From: an uncultured Pirellulales bacterium
GTDB lineage: Bacteria > Planctomycetota > Phycisphaerae > Sedimentisphaerales > Anaerobacaceae
Assembly: GCA_964612465.1 (NCBI GenBank)
Contig: CAZTDF010000001.1
Location: forward strand, 2,660 to 66,659
Direction: 5' to 3'
DNA length: 64,000 nucleotides
In this document: positions 33,980 to 41,604 of the stretch, in pieces
How the letters are laid out: each line of letters begins with the position of its first letter
Numbering within the stretch: the stretch's first letter is position 1
The notes under the pieces: generated by a model
The model's database searches: none
Told to the model about the DNA's origin: nothing
The model's input: the letters and a program-made list of their open reading frames with translations, nothing else
Program-made: the position numbers and the translations under genes

Positions 33980-35176
33980 ATGCCTTTCATGAGCAAAAAA
34001 AGGCATAAAATTAAAGAACGCGAACTCCAAGGCTTTAAGTACTTCAAGACCATTTCCAAAATCCTGGAGTCTCTTCATGACGTTGGATGTCAGAGAGATC
34101 TTGCCGGCAACCGAATCCTGCACATGGATCAATATATTTCCTTACTCTTGTTGCATATGTTCAATCCCATCTGTACGTCCCTGCGATCCCTGCAGCAGGC
34201 CAGTGAGCTGAAGAAAGTACAAAAGAAGCTCGGTGTCCCCCGCGCATCCCTGGGTAGTCTGTCAGAGGCAGCGAGGGTCTTCGACAGCCAAAGCATGCTG
34301 GAAATCATCGGACAGCTCGGTGAGCAACTCGAGCCGGTCGCTCAACACGACAAACTCAAAGATTTACCCGGGATCCTCACCGCAGCCGACGGCACCCTTT
34401 TGAAGGGTTTACCCAAGATTGCCTGGGCCCTGTGGATCGACGATAAGCATAAAGCCATCAAGAACCATGTCCACTTTGAAATCCTCAAGGGTGTCCCTGT
34501 CAAGGCCACGATAACAGAGGGCAATGGCAATGAGAAAGATGTCCTGGCCGAGACCCTGGACGCCGGCCGGATCTATGTTCTGGATCGAGGGTATGCCAAA
34601 TACAGCCTTCTGCAAAAGATTCTGGATCACAACAGTTCCTTTGTTTGCCTGATACGAGACAATTACGTCTGTCAGGTCATAGAGGAACGTCCTGTCACCG
34701 CAGACGCCGAAGCGGCCGGCGTTGTACGAGATCGTATTGTTCGATTAGGTTCTAACGCCAAAAGCGACGAAATCCCCGGAGCGGTTCGTGTTGTTGAGGT
34801 GAAATGCCAGCCACATGTCAAACGTATGCACACAGGACGCAGTGGTCCGGAACAGTTAGAGACAATTGTCATAGCAACGGATTTGCTGGATATTGAAGCG
34901 GATGTGATTGCGTTGATCTTCCAATATCGCTGGACGATTGAAATCTTCTTTCGTTTCTACAAACACATTTTAGGCTGTCGTTACCTGCTAAGCTACAATC
35001 AGAACGGCATCGAATTACAGACCTATGCGGTCATCATTGCGTGTATGTTGATATCGCTTTGGATGGGTCGTAAGCCGACCCTGCGAACATATAAAATGCT
35101 CTGTTGGTATTTCACAGGCATGGCCGATGAAGAAGAGTTGTTGTCTCATATTCATCGTCTGCAAAAAATTGGCTAA
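33980..35176 (+). mobile_element. IS4/IS5-superfamily DDE transposase gene (DDE_Tnp_1 type)
   Basis: 398-aa ORF. DDE-region strings YVLDRGYAKYSLL and IATDLLD. C-terminal R-x3-E-x6-K signature in FQYRWTIEIFFRFYKHILG (the YREK-type motif of IS4-like enzymes). Terminal inverted repeats could not be identified by eye. Confidence 0.75.
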
Positions 35177-35274
35177 TTCATACATTGGTTCGTCCTTGGA
35201 GAGAACGAGCGTGGGCTTGGGAATTCGATAAAAGAACGCACTCTCTCGGCTACGACATCACATTGCTCTGATGG

Positions 35275-36354
35275 TCAAGCGGCTAATCTGTGGTACGACT
35301 TCAGCAGGCCACCCAAACGTTCGATGCAGACAATCTCCGCCGTTTCTTCAATAGTGTGTTTGGGCTCAATGATTCTGTCCAGCGATTGATGAATCCGTTC
35401 GTGATGATAATATTCACTATACTGCGCAATCACATATTCAAACTGCTCCACAGATGACAGAATCAAATGATCCAAACGCTCGGATTTTACGGATTTGACA
35501 AAGCGTTCGGTGTAGCAATTCAAATCTGGGCTTCGGGCAGGAAACTTCACCGGTTCTATCCCGGAATTCTTCAGTATCTCATGGAATCCTTCTGTGGTAT
35601 ACAGCGGATCTCGATCATGGATTAAATACCGTTTCCCATGGAGAAAACCATCCTCAAAATCCGTCAGAATCTTCGCCACTTGCTTCATATAGGCCCCATC
35701 CGGCTGAAGCTTGATAGGAGCAAAAAAGACCTTCCGGGTAGCAAGCTCTATAACAAAGAACACTTTACAGCGGACTATTTTGCGGCTCACAAGAAGCTCA
35801 ATGGTAAAGAAGTCACAGGCGGCCAATACGTCCCAATGACTCTTGATATATACATGCCATGTTGATCTGACGGTTAAGTCTGGCTCAAGATCATAACCGT
35901 TTTCGATCAATATATTCTTTACACTGGATTTGCTGATCTTGTCGCCCAGGTAAACGATCTGGTCGGTGATCTTCTGGCATCCCCAACGGGGATTTTCTTC
36001 TTTGAATCGTATCACAAGATTGACAATCTCCTGACCTATTTGTGGTCGACCAGGTGACGTTCGGTTCTGAGACCCATCATACTTCCGGGCAATGAGTTCC
36101 CGAAACCACCGCATGATAGTGTCTGGCGTGAACAACTCTGTACATTGCTCCAGCATCTTTCGGCTGAACCGTTTGGCCTTAGCCGCCAGCCTCATCCGCT
36201 GGCTGTTGTTCAGTCGAATACGTTTATTCTGCTTTTCCTGACGCTCCACAAGGACTCGGACCTGTTCTCGGAGATAGTCAATGGCTTTGTAGAGTTCTTT
36301 ATCGATGCAATAGGCCAGGCAAGTGGTGAGTGTAATCCACATTTTCTGTTTCAT
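35275..36354 (-). mobile_element. IS481/IS3-like DDE transposase gene (HTH plus integrase-core rve domain)
   Basis: 359-aa single ORF. N-terminal HTH-like region, then rve-type catalytic strings WDVLAACDFFTIEL, YLIHDRDPLYT, NCYTERFVKSVKSERL and YYHHERIHQSL. Confidence 0.75.
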
Positions 36355-36719
36355 AGTCCGGATACATTACGAAATCCTCCTTCAACAGGCAATTACTTTC
36401 ATCCGCGACGACCTTATGTCACTTTTGTAGAAGGAGTTATGTGGGTATAATATATGCACCCTATGCCCTTCGGGGTAATTCTGATGAAGAGAGTTAAACA
36501 TTCTTTAAAGCTTCCCGATTCAATTAGGGAGCATTCACACGGGAATGGTTCGGCCGCAAATAGATACGAATATGAGTTTCATCATGGTCGAGTTTGGGAG
36601 AAATTATCTGCGGGGAAAACCGAACTTTCAGCAGGCAGAAGCTTAAGAAATTTTCATGGGGTTTTCTCGGGAATATCACCTCTCAATAAAGGGTTCTCAA
36701 GAGAAGGGTGGCGACTAAA

Positions 36720-36909
36720 AGCTGTTAGTACAACGAAGGCTGTGGCCGGTCCTTTAGTGCCGCGAGCGTTGCCTATAGTATCGATGGCAGTTAGTGCACA
36801 TTCGAATCATGAAATTATAGAACATTCGGGTAACGCAACTGTTATGGTTTATAGAAAGCGATTCATTGAAAGAAAAAAGGAAGATATCCCTATGAAATAT
36901 GCAGGTTAA
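36720..36909 (+). pseudogene. 3' remnant of an EcsC-family gene (paralog of 62398..63279), truncated upstream next to the IS elements
   Basis: The C-terminal about 50 aa of ORF 36454..36909 (LVPRALPIVSMAVSAHSNHEIIEHSGNATVMVYRKRFIERKK) match the C-terminus of the full-length EcsC-like protein (LVPRALPVVSMAVSAHSNHEIIEHSGKAAFMVYRRRFIERKK). The N-terminal 90 aa of the ORF have no counterpart. Confidence 0.6.
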
Positions 36910-38372
36910 GCGAATGAGTCGATTTTCTTTTTGCAGATTTCCTGGGTTAATTCCATAAGCTTTTGGACACATTGCTCAAGATGGGCCATGTCGACTTTTG
37001 TGATATTATATGAGTCTTCGCTATAAATATAAACTTGAGCATTGTTCAGGAGGTTGAAGATTTTGTCCTGTCGCTCGGTTGTACACGGAAAAACAGTAAG
37101 AAAAACAGGTTCGTAACTTGCGACGTACCTGCCAAGCTTTTCAAGGTCACAGCTTTGGGGGTTATAACCGCTAAATACCAGTAGTATCGCTGTATAAAAG
37201 CATTTTATAGACTGGTGAAGTTCAAGGAGGGCTTCGTTGTACCATTTTTTTTCTAAATCATATTGGAAATGAGCATAGAAATGTTTTGCCTTTTCATTCC
37301 ACGCATCGAAATTTTGCTGGGCGATTTGTTTTCTTTTCTTGAGGTTAGTTTTTCGTTTTTTTGCAAATCGGAATCTTCCGGAGTCATAAAGCATTATTCC
37401 TTCTTCTATTATATCGGAGAAGAAGTATTGGTCATTGTTTAGCTGAGCGTTAATATACTGAATATCGTGAAAGATGAGATTTACGGTTGTTTCCGCACGG
37501 TTAAGCTTGCCCTCGACTTTATTCTGCAGTTCCGGGTTATTGGCAGATTCGGCATACTTAGTGACAACCAGGATGTCAAAGTCGGATTTGTATTCGTATG
37601 TGCGATCCTTCTCGTTGCAGACATCTTCAACCCATTTACCACGGGCATAAGAGCCAAACAGGATTACCATCTGAACGTCATCCAGTTCCTTAAGAATAAT
37701 CTCTGTTATGGTAGATAGCTCATTGACCTTGTATTCTGGCAGGTGTGACAAGGATTTCGTCATACTGCTCTTATGGACGACTATCGCAGAAGGATTTTCT
37801 CTTAGACCAGCAGCAGGATTTTTTATCCTGTCATTACCCTGAGCGACATCATGAATAAAATTATCGAGAAAATTTTTCTTTTCAACAGTTGCCCCCATAG
37901 ATTTTCCATCTGGCGTTGCTTCAATCGCGGCAGCGTTGCCGTGAGAACCGAAAAACTTCTCGAAATAGGCGCAACTCAAACAATCTCCCATGCAGCGAAT
38001 GACACCTTTGCCGAATTGTCGCACAACTACGAAGCAGTAATCTATTTCTCTTCCATATATCAGGCAGTTCTTACACTCCCTCTCGCAGTTTGTTTTTTGC
38101 AGATATTCCCAGCAATGTCCTAATGCGCCAGATGTTGCGACCTTCTTCTCTTTGGGAGAACTCTTACGTTGCAGGGTTTCCAGAAAAGATATGGCTTCGG
38201 AGATGGGGATTCTGTGCTTGCCTCCTACGGTTCTGATCGTACTGATTTTGCCCTTGTCGATCCAGCTAAGAATGGTAAAACGCGAGACGCCGCAAAACCT
38301 CGCAAGCTCGGTCGTAGTCAAATACTCTTTCCGCGGACCGGTTCCACTATAAATTGTATTTCTTACTGCCAT
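36906..38372 (-). CDS. Fusion protein: excisionase/MerR-type HTH + 8-Cys domain + minimal nucleotidyltransferase (Pol-beta fold) + HEPN-like domain
   Basis: HTH: TTTELARFCGVSRFTILSWIDKGKISTIRTVGGKHRIPISEAISFL. Cys cluster: CWEYLQKTNCERECKNCLIYGREIDYCFVVVRQFGKGVIRCMGDCLSCAYFEKFF. NTase: ILFGSYARGKW...KSDFDILVV. C-terminal helical HEPN-like: WYNEALLELHQSIKCFYTAILLV. Confidence 0.75.
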   Translation of the reverse strand: MAVRNTIYSGTGPRKEYLTTTELARFCGVSRFTILSWIDKGKISTIRTVGGKHRIPISEAISFLETLQRKSSPKEKKVATSGALGHCWEYLQKTNCERECKNCLIYGREIDYCFVVVRQFGKGVIRCMGDCLSCAYFEKFFGSHGNAAAIEATPDGKSMGATVEKKNFLDNFIHDVAQGNDRIKNPAAGLRENPSAIVVHKSSMTKSLSHLPEYKVNELSTITEIILKELDDVQMVILFGSYARGKWVEDVCNEKDRTYEYKSDFDILVVTKYAESANNPELQNKVEGKLNRAETTVNLIFHDIQYINAQLNNDQYFFSDIIEEGIMLYDSGRFRFAKKRKTNLKKRKQIAQQNFDAWNEKAKHFYAHFQYDLEKKWYNEALLELHQSIKCFYTAILLVFSGYNPQSCDLEKLGRYVASYEPVFLTVFPCTTERQDKIFNLLNNAQVYIYSEDSYNITKVDMAHLEQCVQKLMELTQEICKKKIDSFA

Positions 38373-38636
38373 TTAAAACATCTTTCGTTCAAATCAACAT
38401 ACATTTTCTGTTTTTTCAATCCTGCTAAATCAACCAAAGAAGTAGATATGGTGGAAATAGTAGGTCAAACAAGACGAAGTATCAAGTTATTTCTCCGAAG
38501 ATATGTGAGATGAAAAAATCTTTCAAATGACTCATAAGTAATGTCCTGACAATATCTAAGGGGTCAACAGTACCTTTGTCGAGGTTGCATTTTCTTTAGG
38601 TTGATTGATGTTTTTGTTGAATCTTCTAAAAATAGT

Positions 38637-38665
38637 TTGACAGGTATTGTTGGTGTAATTAAATT
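38637..38665 (+). promoter_or_regulatory. Candidate sigma70-type promoter (TTGACA - 17 nt - TAAATT)
   Basis: Exact -35 TTGACA at 38637-38642, 17-nt spacer, -10 TAAATT at 38660-38665. It lies in a 790-bp non-coding region and points toward the + strand cluster. Confidence 0.4.
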
Positions 38666-39023
38666 GTGCATGTTGTTGATTTGGACAGAGTTGGAAGGTT
38701 GCAACAACGGGTACCGCCAAATGTGTGGTTTATTGCCTTTCGACAAGCTAAAATGAATTACGATGTCAGGCTTGATCGAAAATGGTGCAGGGTATTACTG
38801 TAACCGACGGGGACGGAGTGCGGGATAAGACCGAATGAGTCGAAAAACGAAAACTAGGACGATGCAATTAGACAGGATGTTTTTATGCCGAATAAAAGGC
38901 TTTCGAGAAAATAATGGCTCAGTGATTATCGTTGCGCTATCCATTGATATATGATAACGACCCAATTCTGTAACTTATAGCATAATTGGGCTTGGCCTCA
39001 TAATATCGAGCATGGATAGAATA

Positions 39024-39047
39024 CCAGCAAGGACTGCTGGAGTTTTT
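39024..39047 (+). terminator. Terminator-like hairpin 1 (CCAGCA-AGGAC-TGCTGG followed by AGTTTTT)
   Basis: 6-bp GC-containing stem, 5-nt loop and a short T-run, read directly. Confidence 0.4.
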
Positions 39048-39089
39048 AATACTCCCCGGGGTGTGGCAGGAAAGGTTAGAAAGATATAA

Positions 39090-39130
39090 CCCAGCTGGTT
39101 ATGCAAATGGATAGCCGACTGGGTTTTTTT
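39090..39130 (+). terminator. Rho-independent terminator-like hairpin 2 followed by T7
   Basis: CCCAGCTGG ... CCGACTGGG stem (5+3 bp with an internal mismatch) followed by TTTTTTT at 39124-39130. It ends 35 nt upstream of the first small ORF of the cluster. Confidence 0.5.
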
Positions 39131-39164
39131 AATAGAGAAAAATCAACAGAGAAAGGATTTAGTG

Positions 39165-39320
39165 ATGGCAGTAATAGGGTTGGCTATATTGGGTGTACTT
39201 TTAGGAGCAGCAGGAATGCAGTTTCTTCGTTCAAGTAAGCCGGAACTGGTGGAAAAGGCCGAAGATGGCATAAAGCGATTTTGGAATTCAATGCCTTTTA
39301 CGAAATCGGATGACAAGTAA
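39165..39320 (+). CDS. Small membrane-anchored protein (51 aa), below the ORF-track cut-off
   Basis: ATG 39165 preceded by GAAAGGA. MAVIGLAILGVLLGAAGMQFLRSSKPELVEKAEDGIKRFWNSMPFTKSDDK, stop TAA 39318-39320. Same architecture as the next ORF: an N-terminal Gly-rich TM helix plus a charged helix. Confidence 0.5.
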   Translation: MAVIGLAILGVLLGAAGMQFLRSSKPELVEKAEDGIKRFWNSMPFTKSDDK

Positions 39321-39377
39321 GAAAACAAAAGCCAAATAAAGCAAAACAATTTTGTGTTGACAAGGAAAGGAAATGCC

Positions 39378-39569
39378 ATGCTTAAGAGTTTAGGAATTCT
39401 GATAGGCGGAGTATTCGTCGGTGCTGTAAGTGTAGAAGTTGTTCGCAGGAAGTGTCCGGATGCACTGGACGATCTGTATGTAAAAATCCGTGAAGTAGCC
39501 TCTGAAGTAAAGGAGGCTTTCAAAAATGGTTACGAAAAAGCCGGTCAACCAAAACCGGCTGCCGCTTGA
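39378..39569 (+). CDS. Small membrane-anchored protein (63 aa)
   Basis: ATG 39378 with AAGGAAAGGAAA upstream (the track ORF is open from 39354). MLKSLGILIGGVFVGAVSVEVVRRKCPDALDDLYVKIREVASEVKEAFKNGYEKAGQPKPAAA. Confidence 0.55.
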   Translation: MLKSLGILIGGVFVGAVSVEVVRRKCPDALDDLYVKIREVASEVKEAFKNGYEKAGQPKPAAA

Positions 39570-39683
39570 AGAGCGAGGAATCTATAAAGTTTGAAGAATC
39601 CGGCCTGCAGTTTATTGGCCGTGGTGACTATTGTGGATATTGTTTAAAAGAAAATCTCAGGCTGGAAAAGAAAGGCACCGAGA

Positions 39684-40016
39684 ATGGACAACCATAAATC
39701 AGAGCTTTTGGGAACCGTGGAGACTGTATCTAAATTTGCGGGCACTTTGGCGGGAAAGGTGGTGGTTCGCAGCAGGGAAATCAGCGATTGTGTCAAAAAT
39801 ATGATGACAGAAAAGCTAGAACCCAAACCAAAGCCATCCACCAAGGCAACCGAATCCATAAAGAGCCAGACAAAAAAGAAACTTGCTGAGTTGGAAAAGG
39901 AAAAACCAGCAGCTAAGCAAGACAAGTTGGAAGAAAAACCGGAGAAACTTAAACCGGCGGTTACCAGAGCAAAAAAGACAAGCGTCAAGCCCAAGGGTAA
40001 GATAGACAGGAATTGA
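39684..40016 (+). CDS. Lys-rich hypothetical protein sharing an N-terminal motif with the coiled-coil/HEAT protein
   Basis: MDNHKSELLGTVETVSKFAGTLAGKVVV resembles MDNEKQYLEFVGNASERAGALAGKVAS of ORF 41605. Followed by a low-complexity K/E/P tail. Confidence 0.55.
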   Translation: MDNHKSELLGTVETVSKFAGTLAGKVVVRSREISDCVKNMMTEKLEPKPKPSTKATESIKSQTKKKLAELEKEKPAAKQDKLEEKPEKLKPAVTRAKKTSVKPKGKIDRN

Positions 40017-40111
40017 TTAATAAACCAAGGTTCATCTAAGCTGTTCCTTAAAGACATCATTTTAGGAAAAGAACAATTCGGCCGGTCTCGCCTGAATGGG
40101 CGCATGTAGAT

Positions 40112-41578
40112 ATGACCATATTTGACTATTTAATATTCGCTTTGTATATGGCAGGTGTTTTAACAGTTGGTCTTTATCATTATACTCGTAACAAGAATAT
40201 CGAAGATTATTACGTCGGCAGCCGGTCAATAGGGTCTTCTTATGTTGGGCTTTCAATTGTTGCTACGGATGTCGGAGGGGGCTTTTCCATTGGTTTGGGC
40301 GGCCTTGGTTTTGTGATGGGACTTGCAGGAAGCTGGCTTTTGTTTACCGGTCTGATCGGAGCATGGCTAAGTGCCGTATTTATTATTCCACGAATCAAGA
40401 AAATTGATGCAAAATATAAATTCATGACCTACCCCGATTTCCTTCGGTACAGATATAACGATGAAGTAGCCTTAGTCGCCGCGATAATTTCCGGCATTGC
40501 ATATCTTGGTTTTGCCGGTGTTCAAATGCTCGCCGGTGCCAAGTTGGCTTCCGTGACAATCATCCAGAACAATCCTTTTGGAGTTGAGCCAATAACATTT
40601 GCATTGGTTTTTATGGCGGTTATTACCATAACTTACACGGTTGTCGGCGGCCTTAAGGCGGTCATTTATACCGATGCCGTTCAATGGGTACTGCTGCTTG
40701 GCGGACTGCTCATTACGATCCCTGTAGCGTTGTATAAAATCGGAGGCATGGATGCCCTCAGACAGAAACTGCCGCCGGAATATTTTTCTCTTTCAAACAT
40801 TTCGCCGGCAACATTTATTAATTGGATGCTAACGATTATTCCCGCCTGGCTGATCGGCAATACGATATACCAGCGAATGTATGCTTGCAAAGATGAGTAT
40901 GAGGCCAAACGCGCATGGTATATTGCAGGTTTTCTTGAGTATCCGGTTATTGCATTTGCCGGTGCATTTCTTGGTATGTGTGCCCGTGTTGTCGCTCCTG
41001 GCGCCGAGCCGGAAATGGCAATGCCGATACTTATTCGCGATGTTCTGCCGGCAGGCGTAACTGGGATAGTCATCGTGGCATATTTTTCAGCGATAATGTC
41101 AACAGCGGACAGTTGCCTTATGGCGTCTTCCGGCAACTTCGCGACTGATATTATAGAACGCTATTTTTTTCGCAGAATTTCAACTAAAGCATCGATTCGT
41201 TTGTCGATGTTGATAACTCTTATTATCGGCACTCTTTCGGTTGTTATGGCCGCCCAGTTCACTTCGGTTCTACATGCCGCTCTCTATACATATGCCTTTA
41301 TGGTTTCAGGGCTGTTTGTGCCGACCCTTGGGGCTTATTTCTGGGAGAAGGGCAGTTGCTCCGGTGCTATGGCTGGCATGCTTGCCGGAGGAATAACCAC
41401 AGTTTTGTTGTTAACCAATACCCTTGTTCTTCCGGAAAAACTCGAATCTTTAGGTTTGTATGATGGTTTGTACGGCATAGCCTGTTCCACTGTAGCGTTC
41501 GTCGGCGTGTCATTACTTTTTCCGGATACAACAACTGATTTTGGGGATTTCGCTGTTGCTCAGAGCAACGCAGTATGA
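40112..41578 (+). CDS. Sodium:solute symporter family (SSF) transporter
   Basis: 488 aa and about 13 TM helices. N-terminal SSF-type strings [36 protein letters not shown], plus [17 protein letters not shown]. Confidence 0.8.
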   Translation: MTIFDYLIFALYMAGVLTVGLYHYTRNKNIEDYYVGSRSIGSSYVGLSIVATDVGGGFSIGLGGLGFVMGLAGSWLLFTGLIGAWLSAVFIIPRIKKIDAKYKFMTYPDFLRYRYNDEVALVAAIISGIAYLGFAGVQMLAGAKLASVTIIQNNPFGVEPITFALVFMAVITITYTVVGGLKAVIYTDAVQWVLLLGGLLITIPVALYKIGGMDALRQKLPPEYFSLSNISPATFINWMLTIIPAWLIGNTIYQRMYACKDEYEAKRAWYIAGFLEYPVIAFAGAFLGMCARVVAPGAEPEMAMPILIRDVLPAGVTGIVIVAYFSAIMSTADSCLMASSGNFATDIIERYFFRRISTKASIRLSMLITLIIGTLSVVMAAQFTSVLHAALYTYAFMVSGLFVPTLGAYFWEKGSCSGAMAGMLAGGITTVLLLTNTLVLPEKLESLGLYDGLYGIACSTVAFVGVSLLFPDTTTDFGDFAVAQSNAV

Positions 41579-41604
41579 TTCATTGTAAATTATAGGTATT
41601 AACG

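Noticed and set aside
36454-36719. N-terminal two-thirds of ORF 36454..36909 as a genuine protein-coding region.
   Set aside because: Only the last about 50 codons are homologous to the EcsC-like gene. The upstream part has no motif, abuts the IS481-like element and probably owes its openness to chance. The ORF is treated as a remnant rather than an intact gene.
38169-38746. ORFs 38169..38513 (+), 38152..38352 (+) and 38564..38746 (-) in or near the large intergenic region.
   Set aside because: The first two mostly overlap the well-supported - strand regulator gene in other frames. The third is 60 aa of low-complexity sequence with no RBS. None has recognisable motifs.
38700-39130. Assignment of the leader region to a known riboswitch class (cobalamin, TPP, SAM, c-di-GMP, Mn/yybP, NiCo, fluoride, ZTP).
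   Set aside because: I looked for the conserved core strings I remember for these classes and found none. Only generic hairpins and terminator-like structures can be supported.
39644-40105. 153-aa - strand ORF overlapping the + strand ORF 39684..40016.
   Set aside because: It would be the only reverse-strand gene in a 24-kb co-directional cluster. The + strand ORF shares an N-terminal motif with ORF 41605, which supports the + frame. The antisense translation is Ser/Phe/Leu low-complexity sequence.
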